DNA of 62,179 nt, filler included, from Babesia bigemina (Eukaryota): the NCBI RefSeq assembly GCF_000981445.1. It is 5 parts of 5 records of this genome, joined end to end, with 100 filler letters (N's around TTAATTAATTAA, not from the genome) between each part and the next. Parts side by side here need not be neighbours in the genome. Positions count along the whole stretch, not along the records: positions 11,112 to 24,459 come from NW_012237227.1; 4 more parts are not named here. One strand, written 5' to 3'. Every line of letters begins with the position of its first letter. Within the stretch, counting starts at the first letter, position 1. This document shows positions 11,112-24,300 of the stretch, in pieces. Position numbers and translations under genes: made by a program. Under the pieces are notes generated by a model. It did no database searches. It worked only from the letters and a program-made list of their open reading frames with translations, and was not told the DNA's origin.

Positions 11112-14100
11112 GTTTTTTCAAGGTTGGGGCACCCTTGCCCAGAATTGGCCAAGGCAGTTTGATCCTTTTGACCCCCGGTTAGCATGGAATGGTGGAATAA
11201 TTTTTTGAGTAAATCGTAGAAGCTTTCCGTTAGATATACGACCCACGACATGTATTTATCGGCATTTTTCTCAGAAAAAACTCCGCTGATATGGTGACTA
11301 ATGGAACTCAAATACGGCCCGCATACAGCAGAAGGCATTGAAGTGCAAACGAGGCTGCCGAGACTTGCGTTGGTATGTCCCGTCGAAACCGCTGAGTGGC
11401 TGCTTGAAAATAGTGTATGTATCTCTAATTCCTTATATGCAATGCCGAAATTTGCTTTTGCCATTGCCTTTTCAAATGCCATCTGTTTGTGCTGTTTACC
11501 TTCTAGGTTCCAGCCATCAATGAAATTGTAGTAGAACGCGAACATATCTCCAAGCGTCTGCGGAGGTTTCTGGAGTAGACACATGAGACAAGCGCATAGT
11601 GAGCGGAGGTGCGAATTTCTGCCGCAGAAATCTCTTAGAATCTTTCTGAGATCGGCGCCCGTTTTCGTATGCGATGCTAGTTGACTGATATCAGAAAAGC
11701 CCATAGGGGTCTTACACGGGATGCCCCGGTGATTAGCCGTACTGCAGTCCAGCTTGCAACCAGGCTTCTTGAACTGGTGTGGCAGGAACCCTGGCAGCCC
11801 GTCTTCGAGGAATGACTGTAAGGGAGATTTAAGGCCGCACTTAGGGTGCGAATCACACGTTTGGTCAGCACTTTGGTTGGCTCTTTGGCCAGCGTTTTGG
11901 TCAGCCAGTTGTGGACAGTTTTGGTTAGGACACTGCTTGGTGTTACAATTCCAACTGGATCCGCCGACACCCCGGCCGTACCAGCAATCGGCCCATCCGC
12001 TGCTATCGGTGTCGTTCTCGCACTGACTGTATAGGAATCGGAACTGGTGATACAATCTTTCCAATATATCTACAAGTAAATCAAAACAATCACTGCCTCT
12101 GCTAGGGTAAGATAAGTTTTCTGCGTTCGTATAAAAGTCAACTGCGTAACGTCCACCTGCGTGACCGTGACCCATGATGGCAGTCAGAACCGATTGGGAG
12201 TGTAAACAAACATTTGGCAACATATCGGTTACTAATTGTTGTGCCCTGATGTACGAGGTTGCAGCAAGGTTGAGATCATTTGTGGGAACTTTATCACGCG
12301 GCTTACCTTTATGTTGGTCTGGCGTAGGGAACAATTCCCTTAAATACCAACGTAGAGAGTAGAATACTGGACTCCACCGCAGACCGGCAAGCCACTGTAG
12401 CATCTGATAACTGTTCGCGGGATGTTTGGTTGAGGAGCGAACCTCCAGATGACAGACCTCGTAATACTTCTTGAGGTACTCGTATAAGTAGTAGAGTATG
12501 CTAGGTCCCTTATCTCTGAGGAGAGGAGTCTTTTGATTTTTCGCCAGTTTCTCATATAACGCTTTAATATTTTCACCCGTCATGGTTTTGTCTTTATTCT
12601 GCAACTCCCCGTCCTGCTTGTCTTCCTCCGTTGGTACCTTATACCCTCGCTTAGCTAAGAAAGCGCCAAGTGCATTGGGCAACTTAACGCCATCCTTGCT
12701 TTTATTATGTAAACGAATGCGTTCACTTTTATTTGCGACGCATTCTTTATATAACTCCCAGAAGTCTTGGAATAGTACTTGGATTGTGCTAAGGAACACC
12801 TTTGACAACTTTTCACCGTAAGGCGTTAATTTTTCTTTTCCGCTAGAATTTTCAGAATCGGACTTAGTTTCGATCAATTTGTTCGTATTCCAATCTATAG
12901 GTTTTCCATCATCATACCCGTTCACATACACCCTCCCCATCTGCTCGACAAACCCATCCAGCCCCTTTTTGACCGCATCGAGCAGCTCCGGGTGCCGGGG
13001 GTTGGCGAAGGCGGAGGGGGATAGGAGGGAGAGGGAGGAGGAGAGGGAAGAATGTAGATTAGTGAACTTATTATCAAATATATATGTTCTGGATGGTTTA
13101 GAGTCGTTTTTGAGGTGGGTGAGTAATTTCTCGAAATTAGTGTTGGCAGTGTCGAGGTGCTTGGTGTTCTGCTCGGTGGTCTCCCTGTTGATCTCAGGCT
13201 CGGGTGGATTTTTAGTATTAATTTGCGCCTTAATATACTTGTGAATCGGATCATAATAGTTCTTGAGTGCGTCGGATAATTTAGTGAAGGTGTCCTTAAT
13301 GGGCGTACCTGATTTATGTGACGATACAGCTGTATTTATTTTGTCGAGCAAACTTGGAGTTCCAGAACCTTCAACAGGCTCACCAGTTTCACTATTAACC
13401 CCTCCCATCACTCTCATCAACCCCTTGAACCCGATCTGCAGATCCCTCTCAATCTCCCCCGGCAACTCTGCCAACTCCTGGCTGACCTTGTCCGCGAACG
13501 CGGTGAGGAGCTGCTTGACGGAGGAGACGTAGTTGCGGCGGGCGGCGGTGGAGAGGGTGGAGAGGGCAAAATGAATATTTGTACTGACGTAATTTTGGAG
13601 TTCATTTACGTATTTTTGTTTGAGATTATCAGCTTCCACGTTTATGAAACTTTCTGCAGTTTTTATGGCATCCCATAATTGTACATTTCTAAGGCTGTGG
13701 AGCTCTTCTTTGATTTTTTTAAGTTTATCAATAATATTGTGCGTCTTTAAGTCGCTTAATTTGCTTTTAATTTTCGTGCCAGCATTGCAGATCGCAATAC
13801 ACAGTTGGTTAAACTTAGAGTCTAATTCTTCCAGTTCTTCTCCAGCCTTAATGCTAACTTTTCCAACGTCATTCAAAGCCTTCTCAACATTGATCTTCAT
13901 TTCGTTTATGACATCTGGAAGTTTTCCTTTCAAGCCATCTTTCAAAGACACACCCTCAACGTACTTTTTATACTCGGTGAAACCTTTAATATTTTTTCTT
14001 ATGTCAGCAGTACTTTGTTCGCTACGCCTGCCACCTAAATGCGTAACAGTTATTGACTTACCGTCGGTTCCTATCTGCTGATTGAGTATATCGCCAATGG

Positions 14101-16570
14101 CGTTATTAAAGGTCTCTTCCACTAAAGTATTGTTGAGCTGAGTAATCTGATGCCTAATCTTAGTGAAGGCTGTGTCTATCTTTTTGCCGAAACTCTCCTG
14201 ATCGTCACGACCGCCTTTTAATTGCTGATTTATATAATCGACCTGCTTCATGGCTTTATCCAGGTTTTTGCCGAGGTTGTATCCCGCGTCGTTGGATGTT
14301 AATGCTTTAATGCCTTCCGCCGTTTTCCTCACAATAAGAGGCAGTTTAAGCAACAACATTTCAATTGCGTATTTGAGATAATCTTTTGGATCAGGAGTCG
14401 ATTTTGGTCGTCCATTCACATTTAACGTTTGCTCAATCTGCGCAACAATTTCATCGGCTTTCTTATTTTCAACACCTTTTTCAATTGCCCCGGCGACGTC
14501 TGAATGAAATTTATGAATGGTGTTCAGCATCGTTTCTACGGTAGCATCGTCGGTTATTGATGTATCAATTTTAACGTCTTCAACAAGCCCTATAATTTTC
14601 GGCTTTATTGCACCCATCACCGCTTCTTCGTTCAAGCCGGCATTCACTCCATTAGCTGTCTTCTCCTTAACATACAATGCTACGTAATGCTTGCATATAC
14701 TATCCTTCTCAAAGAACCTATCAATCCAACCAGGCAAGATTTTTTCTTCCGCTTTTTCCGCGGCTAGCTTCTTAACATATTTCTTTATTGCCTCCGCAAT
14801 CATACCAAGATATCCATCTCTTTGATTTGTTGCTTTGTGTTCATAAACCTCACGGGTATGCATCGCAATTGCCGTCTTAAGCACTGCCCAATTGTACTCA
14901 ATACTTTCCTTATTTTTGTCACCTTGGCCTCTTTCAGTATTATCCTTTAAAGTATCGTAATGCTTCACGACATTTTCCTTGACATGCTGCCAAATCGCTT
15001 TCTTTATTTCGTTCTTCACATTATACAAATCGCCTTTAAGATGACCGTCCATTTCCACAACGGTAGCAAGTGCCAAGCCAAGATCATTTCTAACGTTATC
15101 CAGCGCCTTATTTCCAGCGTTGTGAAGTTCACTGATTTTTTTTTGTAGAGCCTTGACAGCCAACTGAATACCATTTCTATTATTAGAGTCGCTGCCTTCT
15201 CGATCATTAACTTCTCCTAATATTGTTTCAACCTCTTGCTCCGTTTGGTAGCAAATTTTACATGCTGCTATGATCCAATGATCTAGATCAACAACACATT
15301 TGGATAATGTCTTACTAATTTTCTTTACCTGTTGTAAAATTATAGTTACCTTGTCTTTTAAGGCCTCGACTAGTAAGCTGACTTGATTGCGAACTTCTAT
15401 GTTAATGCGCGTATTCAGTTCATCCAGCGTCGTCTTAATTGCATTCATCATCCTGTCCAGGTCCTCCCTCGCCTTGTCTGAAAACCTATGAACAATCGCC
15501 GACTCACGCGTCACAATTTTCAATGCACTATTTACTTTAGTTCTACAATCATTATTAAGGTCTAAAATGTTTTTCTCAGCATCTCTCATGCTTCCGCAAA
15601 ATGCTTCGGCGTGTTTCTTAAACTTCTGCAGCTGCTCGCCCACTCGCTCATTCTCCGTAGTGAAGTCATGGCCCTGCACAGAATTATTTGTATTAATTTG
15701 ACTTACCGTAGTTGTCAAATTCTTCATCTCTCCTTGTAGTTTTTCAATGGGATCTGACACTTTTTTATTAGACTCCTTAACACTCTCATTATGCTCCCTC
15801 ACCCTATCCGCCACCTGCGCAATGACCTTAAAACCCTCACGCCCGGTGGATAAATTATTTTTAATGTCTCTAAGTAATGTTTCAAGTATATCTCTGCCTA
15901 CTTTGTACGGCTGTTTGTCGCTGACATCCTTAAGCACACCACTCAAAAATCCCATCACCCCGTCACACAGCCTATCCAAGTCGGAGTAGACAATGCCATC
16001 ACCAGTGTAGCCTTTGGAATTAGGATCGAAGCCGAGGAAAGTCTGAAGGCCGTCACAAAGGTTATCTAAGAGATTTTTAGGCTCATTTTGTTGATTATTA
16101 GAATTCTCATAAAATCCACAAAGCTCCTTCACCTTCTTCAAAGCCTCCAACTTGGACTGCAATTTGGCTGAGTCAGCAGAGGGCGATAGGGAAGGGGGAG
16201 AGTGATTATAGAGGTTATTATGCTTTTCAAGATGCTCAATTTCTGCACTGATTTTAGCAATTTCTTTACTAACTAGCTGACTAAGCTCACTAATTTTCAC
16301 GGTGTCATCAGCCTGGTCAGCAGACTTGTCAGACACAGAAAGCTTAGTAACATGAGAAGAGTAAACATCTTTTAGGTCATTTTTAAGGCTTGGATTATTG
16401 TCAAAATAGGCTTTAATAGCATTCACAACGGCTTTCTTAACACTCTCACTTTGACCAACAAATCCTCCAAGCTGTCCAGCAAGGTGACCAAGGCTAATGA
16501 GCTTGGAGTCAATGTCCTTCAAGGCTCTTCTAGTAGCATCATCAGTGAGAGAATGGTCGGCATCAACAAG
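11112..16570 (-). CDS. ves1: ves1-family antigen ORF (~1800 aa), no native start, 3' end lost at contig break
   Basis: GIVYSDLDRLCDGVMGFL, FANPRHPELL and CGLKSPLQSFLEDGLPGFLPH motifs. Frame opens after TAA 16571-16573 and begins near ALKDIDSKL, about residue 140 of the contig-1 gene. Confidence 0.88.
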
Positions 16571-16756
16571 TTATTATTAAGGTTTATAGAGGTCATAGCG
16601 TTAATAAGACGAGGTAATTCGAGAGATTTGGAGTTAGGGTGAACATGATGGGACATGGCAGTGGCAGAGGTGGAAGAGGGAAGTGAAGGGTGACAAGGCA
16701 CAAGTTATTAGGATGGTTTAAAGAGGTCATAGCGGTATTATGGCAGGGTTATTCGA

Positions 16757-17104
16757 GCGATGTAGGGTGGAGTAAGGGGCGATGTAGAGTGGATAGAGGA
16801 GCGATGTGGAGTGGGTAAAAAGGCGATGTAGAGTGGGTTAGGGAGCGATGTGGAGTGGATAAAGGAGCGATTTAGAGTGGATAAAAAGGCGATGTAGAGT
16901 GGGTTAGGGAGCGATGTAGAGTGGATAAAAGAGCGATGTGGAGTGGATAAAGGAGCGATTTAGAGTGGATAAAAAGGCGATGTAGAGTGGATAAAGGGGC
17001 GATGTAGAGTGGATAAAAGACCGGTGTAGAGTGGGTTAGGGAGCGATGGAGAGTGGATAAAGGAGCGATGAAGAGTGGGTTAGGGAGCGATGTAGAGTGG
17101 ATAC
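16757..17104 (-). repeat. 22-bp satellite (CCACTCTACATCGCCCCTTTAT on the gene-sense strand) upstream of ves cassette
   Basis: Tandem variants read directly. Confidence 0.95.
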
Positions 17105-17116
17105 TAATCACCACTT

Positions 17117-17365
17117 GTGACCATGTCATCGCTGCCGTAACCATGTCATCGCTACTGTAATTATGTCACCGCTGCCGTGCCCATGTCATCGCTGCCGTGA
17201 CCAGTCATCGCTGCCGTGACCATCAACATGGTCAGGTGCTTGGTCAGCACTTTGGTCAGCATTTTGGTCACCACACTGGTCATGGCATTGGTCAGCATCT
17301 TGGTCAGCACGTTGGTCAGCACCTTGGTCAGCACGTTGGTCACCACTTTGGTCAGCACATTGGTC
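17117..17365 (-). repeat. 20-bp (CACGGCAGCGATGACATGGT) and 12-bp (GTGCTGACCAAA) satellites
   Basis: Same repeat families, in the same order, as upstream of the other ves cassettes. Confidence 0.9.
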
Positions 17366-17449
17366 TCCTCACTGCTCATGTGATTTGCCATCAACGCAAT
17401 CATTACTGTCTACAACATTAGATATCAGTTGCCAGTCAGGTTATTGTCA

Positions 17450-17563
17450 TCAACTGCGCAGTAGATACCGCACCCTGTGAAACGGCCGGATGCGGAAGTA
17501 GATCATGGCGCAGATGACGACGATGATGAGGGCGACGGGGACGATGATGTAAGGGGCGGGGTT
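17450..17563 (-). pseudogene. Orphan TM/tail segment, type LLRS (PYIIVPVALIIVVICAMIYFRIRPFHRVRYLLRS*)
   Basis: Manual translation matches the C-terminus of ORF 18234-18677; out of frame with the upstream ATGs. Confidence 0.75.
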
Positions 17564-17692
17564 ATGGTCACCTCACTGCTCATGTGATTGGTCATCAACG
17601 CAGTCATTACTGTCTACAACATTAGGTGTAGTTGCCAGTTAGGTGATCTGTGGAATAAGGATTACGATGTTTGCGCTAACAAATCGCTGAGA

Positions 17693-17893
17693 TTAGCTGT
17701 AGAACGCGATGCAGAAAGGTATCTTGCGTACGAGGAAATCGCGGATGTTGCGGCCCACCGGGAAGCGGAAGATGCACAAGTCGAGCAGGATGATGGCGAC
17801 GATGATGGCAACGATGACGGCGGCGATGGCTTGGGGGGAAGGGGGGGAAGTAGTCACCTCACTGCTCATGTGATTGGTCATCAACGCAGTCAT
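17693..17893 (-). pseudogene. Orphan TM/tail segment, type FYS (QAIAAVIVAIIVAIILLDLCIFRFPVGRNIRDFLVRKIPFCIAFYS*); possibly a 66-aa micro-ORF
   Basis: Same peptide as the C-terminus of ORF 32272-32844; part of a ~286-bp direct duplication. Confidence 0.7.
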
Positions 17894-17978
17894 TACTGTC
17901 TACAACATTAGGTGTAGTTGCCAGTTAGGTGATCTGTGGAATAAGGATTACGATGTTTGCGCTAACAAATCGCTGAGA

Positions 17979-18185
17979 TTAGCTGTAGAACGCGATGCAG
18001 AAAGGTATCTTGCGTACGAGGAAATCGCGGATGTTGCGGCCCACCGGGAAGCGGAAGATGCACAAGTCGAGCAGGATGATGGCGACGATGACGGCAACGA
18101 TGACGGCGGCGATGGCTTGGGGAGAAGGGGGGGGTAGTGAAGTAGTCACCTCCCTGCTCATGTGATTGGTGATCAACGCAATCAT
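17979..18185 (-). pseudogene. Second orphan FYS-type TM/tail segment; possibly a 68-aa micro-ORF
   Basis: Near-identical to 17693-17893 at an offset of 286 bp. Confidence 0.7.
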
Positions 18186-18233
18186 TAATCTGTCTACAAC
18201 ATTAGATATTAGTTGCCAGCTAGGTTATTGTTA

Positions 18234-18677
18234 TTAGCTGCGCAGTAGATACCGCACCCTGTGGAACGGCCGGATGCGGAAGTATATCATGACGCAGATG
18301 ACGACGATGGTGAGGGCGACGGCGGCGATTATGATAGGAAGGACGTTGGGGGAATTGGTGGTAGACTGTTGAGTGTCGGTCTGATGCTCAGCGCTGAGGA
18401 GAGAGGAGTGACCGAGAGAAGCAGAGGAAAGCTGTTGACTTCGCGATGCAAGAGCACGTGCATCGGCAGCTTTTTTACGTAGACAACAGTAACATGTACA
18501 TGTGTCAGTGTTACAACCAACACAATTTGAAGTATGGCATTCCTCTCCACTTTGGCGACCTTGGTAGAACTTGCGACATAGAAAAAAACACCCACTACAT
18601 ACTCTACAACACTGGTAGCAGCAGTAACAATTACTACCTTCACAACCATTACCACACTCACACCTGTCCCAACCCAT
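18234..18677 (-). CDS. Small Cys-rich single-pass membrane protein (147 aa, 18 Cys in the N-terminal domain, LLRS tail)
   Basis: ATG ORF; Cys spacing conserved with 32272-32844; Ser/Thr linker, hydrophobic TM segment and basic tail. Confidence 0.75.
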   Translation of the reverse strand: MGWDRCECGNGCEGSNCYCCYQCCRVCSGCFFLCRKFYQGRQSGEECHTSNCVGCNTDTCTCYCCLRKKAADARALASRSQQLSSASLGHSSLLSAEHQTDTQQSTTNSPNVLPIIIAAVALTIVVICVMIYFRIRPFHRVRYLLRS

Positions 18678-18679
18678 TT

Positions 18680-20445
18680 TCCCGCTCCCCTCCCACTCCC
18701 CTCAGCCTGCAAAGATATCAATCACCTAACCAACGCACTCACCAACTGCAACACGTACCACTGCCGCGCCCAGTCCCCTCAGCCTGCAAACATGTCAATC
18801 ACTCAAGCAAGAACTCACCAACTGCAACACGTACCACTGCCGCTCCCACTCCGCTCAGCCTGCAAACATATGAATCACTCAAGCAACGCACTCACCAACT
18901 GCAACACGTACCGCTGCCGCTCCCACTTGCAGCCCCCTCAACCTGCAAACATATCAGTCATTTAAGCAAACACTCACCAACTGCAACACTACCACTGCCG
19001 CTCCCAGTCCCCTCAACCTGCAAACATATAAATCACATAAGCAACGCACTCACTAACTGCAACACTACCACTGCCGCGCCCAGTCCCCTCAACCTGCAAA
19101 CATATCAATCACCTAGCAACGCACTCACCTACTGCAACACTAGCACTGCCGCTCCCAGTCCCCTCAACCTGCGAACATATCAGTCACCTAGCAACGCACT
19201 CACCTACTGCAACACTACCACTGCCGCGCCCACTCCCCTCAGCCTGCAAACATATCAATCACTAAGCAACGCACTCACCAACTGCAACACTACCACTGCC
19301 GCTCCCACTCCCCTCAACCTGCAAACATATCGATCACTCAAGCAGAACTCACCAACTGCAACACGTACCACTGCCGCTCCCACTCCCCTCAACCTGCGAA
19401 CATATCAATCACCTAGCAACGCACTCACAAACTGCAACACGTACCACTGCCGCTCCCAGTCCCCTCAACCTGCTAGCATATCAATCACCTAAGCAACGCA
19501 CTCACCTACTGCAACACTACCACTGCCGCTCCCAGTCCCCTCAGCCTGCGAACATATCAATCACTCGAGCAGCACTCACCAACTACAACACTACCACTGC
19601 CGCTCTCAGACCCCTCAGCCTGCAAGCATATCAATCACTCGAGCAGCACTCACCAACTACAACACTACCACTGCCGCTACCACTCCCCTCAACCTGCAAG
19701 CATATCAATCACCTAATAAACGCACTCACCAACTGCAACACTACCACTGCCGCTCCCAGTCCCCTCAACCTGCAAACATATCAATCACCTAGCAACGCAC
19801 TCACCAATACAACACTACCACTGCCGCTCCCACTCCCCTCAACCTGCAAGCATATCAATCACCTACCAACGCACTCACCAACTGCAACACTACCACTGCC
19901 GCTCCCACTCCCCTCAACCTGCAAACATATCAATCACTCAAGCAACGCACTCACCAACTGCAACACTACCACTGCCGCTACCACTCCCCTCAACCTGCAA
20001 GCATATCAATCACCTAATAAACGCACTCACCAACTGCAACACTACCACTGCCGCTCCCAGTCCACTCAACCTACAAACTATCAATCACCTAGCAACGCAC
20101 TCACCAACTGCAACACGTGCCACTGCCCCGCCCAGTCCACTCAACCTGCGAACATATCAATCACCTAGCAACGCACTCACCAACTGCAACACTACCACTG
20201 CCACTCCCACTCCCCTCAACCTGCAATCTTATCAATCACCTAGCAACGCACTCACCAACTGCAACACATACCACTGCCGCTCCCAGTCCCCTCAACCTGC
20301 AAGCATATCAATCACCTAGCAACGCACTCACCGACTGCAACACTACCACTGCCGCTCCCAGTCCGTCAACCTGCAGACATATCAATCACCTAGCAATGCA
20401 CTCACCAACTGCGACACGTACCACTGCCGCTCCCTGTCCCCTCAT
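18680..20445 (-). repeat. ~75-bp tandem array upstream of the Cys-rich gene (roughly 23 units)
   Basis: Plus-strand unit CAACCTGCAAACATATCAATCACCTAGCAACGCACTCACCAACTGCAACACTACCACTGCCGCTCCCAGTCCCCT. Confidence 0.95.
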
Positions 20446-20945
20446 CAACACGCACTCTCACCCCTGTATCCCCCCAGCCCAGGCCGCCGACACCCACGCT
20501 GCCCGGGATACCACAGCTGCCCTGACGCGACGCATGTGACTAGCACGAACCGTAACTCTAATTTATTAACAATTCGCAACGCCATGAAAATTGCAGCGAG
20601 CCCCGTGCGCTCAACTCCCACAGTGCAGCAGCACCGTGCCACGAGCCGCGGTATCGGCGCCATACTGGCGGAGCGTGTCGGCTACGTGCCTAAATGTGAT
20701 ATTAACCATCGCTACATTGCTGCCTATAAATGCTACTTAACCGGGCCAACGCGGATTACGCCACCTGCCAGTGACTCGCAACACACGGCTTCGGTCACCC
20801 GCCGCGGCCCTCACGACCGCTACGTTATCAACCAATCACCCAGCCTCACGTGACACTGACTCAATGGGCAACGCGGACACCTCTCACAGTCCACGCTTAA
20901 CTCAGCGCACCAGGCAATCAACGTGCTACAACACCCACCAAATTA
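20446..20945 (-). promoter_or_regulatory. Conserved unique spacer; candidate promoter of the Cys-rich gene
   Basis: Highly similar to the reverse complement of 31110-31590, in the same position relative to the paralogous gene. Confidence 0.4.
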
Positions 20946-20959
20946 CGGTTCATCCGCCA

Positions 20960-21190
20960 GCTCAGCACTTTGCCTAGGTGCCAGCTTAGCACTTTGCCTG
21001 GTTGCTAGCTTACCACTTTGCCTGGGTGCTAGCTTACCACTTTGCCTGCGTGCCAGCTTAGCACTTTGCCTGGTTGCTAGGTTAGCACTTTGCCTGGGTG
21101 CTAGCTTAGCACTTTGCCTGGTTGCTAGGTTAACACGTTGCCTGTGTGCTAGGTCAACACGTTCCCTGGGTGCTAGGTTACCACGTTGCA
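20960..21190. repeat. 24-bp tandem repeat (TTAGCACTTTGCCTGGTTGCTAGC) in the 3' flank of ISYLQP-type ves
   Basis: Read directly; homologous array at 30945-31105. Confidence 0.9.
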
Positions 21191-21345
21191 TTGTCGGTCA
21201 CTCATTACCTAATCTAGGTGCTATCTAGTTCACAGGTTGCCGCTAGAGTAATTCGAAACATTATGCTAAGTTTATCGGTTAGGTGAGTAGGTGATGCTAG
21301 GTGAGCTATTACGTGAGTTACTGTGAATTACAAACGTGAATACAA

Positions 21346-24300
21346 TCACGGCTGCAGGTACGATATCTTGGCAAGCCTTCCGACTTGCGCTGCAGCCAAC
21401 AGCGATTGCGCCGTTATCCTGTGCGATGACGGTATCCTCAGGTGTGAGCGTATGTGCAGCACATCCAGTCTGCCAACCATTACGCAGATGAGGTAGAAGA
21501 GGGAGAGTGACCAGAGTGCTAATACGAGATAGGAGAATGGCGTTCTGATGGCCCATAGGAAATTGTCAATATTGTTGAGCAGATCTGCAAGCAAGCATCC
21601 TTTACCGAGAACTCTCTCCAAGGCTGTGCAGAAGTCCTTGCACGTGCGTCTCGTTTGTTGACTGTATTGACCGCTGAGGTCATACGGACTGCCGAATGTG
21701 AAACCATACTTATACAATGTCGGATGCGTATTAGGGCATTTGACGATGGAGTTGCAACTCGTATTGTGATTTGCATTTTCGAGTGTCTTTACGCTTGGTT
21801 TATCAGCGGAGTACGTGACTTGGCAATTCTCAGTGCAGCACTTTTCGTAACATCTAGATCCAGGTGTGTTGCACTTCTTACAGCACTCATCATAAAGCCT
21901 TTTGAGCAAATCATAGAAGGTTTCGGTGATGTACACGACCCATGAGAGATATCTGTCTGCGTGATGTTTCGAATATGTTTCACGAATTTCGAGATACAAA
22001 GGCTGCAGGTATGCTCCACAGGGCGGTGTCGGTGTTTTGTTTGAGTTACATTGCATAAGGCTCAGAAGTTCACCTCTTACGTGGCTCTCAGTGTGCCTGT
22101 GCCCGCTTTGTATGCATACAACGTTTAATTTCGTTTGCTCATCACGGAAATTGGCTTTCCGGACTGCGTCGACGAATGCATCTCTCTTATGCTCACCACT
22201 CTTTTCCCACCTGTCAAGGAATTTGTGATAGAAAGCCAATATGTCACCCAGAGTCTGCGGAGGCTTCTGGAGGAGACACGTCAGCATGGAGCACAGCTTA
22301 GTGAGCCGCGGTTCTACGCTACCACAGAATTTCTCAAGCACGTCTTTCAGATGCTTGCCCTGCTTCGTGTGAGAAGCTGCGATACCGATGTCCGCGAATC
22401 CCATGGGAGTCAGGCACGGTTTGCCGAAGTGATTCGGCACAGCGCATTCCAGCTTACAACCCGGCTTAGTGAACTGATGTGGCAGGAACCCTGGGAGGCC
22501 ATCCTCAAGGAACGACTGAAGTGGCGACTTGATACCGCACTTGTAATGTTGGTCGGCCGTTTGGTCATGCTTCTGCTTACACTCTTGGTCGGGACATTGA
22601 AAGGTGTTGCAGTTCCACGCTGACCCGGCGATGCTCCTGCCGTAGTGGCAGTCCGACCAACCGGAGCTCTGAGGACCGTTGTTACACTGCTTGTAAACGA
22701 ATAGCATCTGGTGGTATACTCTAGATGCTACGTCAACAAGTAAATCGAAACATTGGCCGGGGTTACTCGGGTACGACAGACCTTCGCTGTTAACGTAGAA
22801 GTCAATCGCATATACACCATCCGCGTGCCCGTGGCCTTGGATTGCAACCAGCACGTCAACGGATATGTTGCAAACTTTGCGAAGCATCGTGCTTAGTTCC
22901 CCAGCGTTCAACTTCGACTCAGTGGATTCAAGCTTGTACTCGGATACATCGTTCGCTTTATCTCCTTCAGGTTTCTTGAACAGTCCCTTGAAGTGCCCGC
23001 ATAGTTTATCATACATGGGATTGTGCCGCAGTCCGGTGAGCCATTGCAGCATCTGATATACGTTGCACGGTGCTTTTGGCGATGGAATGTGGCGGAGGTG
23101 AGATGTCTTAAAATAGTCGAGCAACTGGTCGTGGAAGAAGCCCAGTATGTCGAGAAGGGTAATGTCATCGTTGCTAGTGCTGCCGGAAGTTTCCGAATTT
23201 TTCTTTTTTTTCCAGGTGGTTAAGGTAGTGTTCGAGGCAACATTTTCCAGTTTCTTACATATCATGTCATCGTGAATATTTTTCCCCGTCTTCTTACTGT
23301 CCAGTTCACCGTCCTGCTTGTCCTTAGTTGACGGCACATCGAAGCCGCGCTCTTTCAACCAGCTGCCGAGACGGTTACCATTTCGCTTGCCTTTTTCGTC
23401 TACGTACAGACAAAGTTGTTGTTTATGCCCCGAAGCGTCTTTTTTACATCCACCTTGTAATGTAACAAAGTCATGGTACAATGTCTCTAAAATCGTCAAA
23501 AATATCTTCGAGAAATTTCTACCGTCGTCTGTCAATTTTCCATCTGTATTACCACCATTAGTAACCAATTTACCTAATTTATCAATCCCCTCCCCTCCCT
23601 CATACCCGTTCACATACACCCTCCCCATCTCCGTGACAAACCCCTGCAGCCCCGCTCTGACCGCATCGAGCAGCTCCGGGTGCCGGGGGTTCGCGAAGGC
23701 GGAGGGGTGGAGAGCGGTGAGGGAGGAGGAGAGGGAGGTGAGAAAAGTGACGAATTTGTTATCATAATTATACTTTTTAGAGTCATTTGAGACACTTAAA
23801 TGTTCAAGTAATTCATCTACATCGGTCTGAATATTTTTCACTTTTTTAGCTGGGTCATCGGTCAGTCCAGTGCCTACCGGGTAAAAGACGTAACTTAAAA
23901 TATTAACGAGATATGCTTTCAGGTTAGCTGATAGACTTCTGAGCCGTTCGTTTGCTTGAATGGAATCAGTCTTCTTTACATCCAGTTTCTTCAGCTTATT
24001 ATTCGAACCGGAAAACGCATTATCCTTATCCATTACTCTCTTCAATAGGCCTTTAACTCCGTTATTGTAGTCAAGCGCAATTAGGTTATTAATTTCATCA
24101 ATTTGCATATGAACATCTCGTTGCATGGCTGTAAACATTTTGCGGGTTGCTTCATAATAATCTTCTTTGGCTCTAGACTGAATGGCAGTAAGAGCGGCAG
24201 CGGAACGTCCAGCTACGAAAGCTTGAAGATGGGCGATAACTGTCTCTGCTTCGTAGTGGATGACGGAACTGTAAAATGTATTGGCGTCTTCAATGATTCT

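Noticed and set aside
11112..11200. Aberrant last ~28 codons of the ves ORF
   Set aside because: Departs from paralogs only at the contig end; likely low-quality sequence.
18446..20539. Thr/Pro-rich mucin-like ORFs on the strand opposite the Cys-rich gene (also 31497-32299)
   Set aside because: Translations of the 75-bp repeat with frame drift between units; not conserved as ORFs between the two loci.
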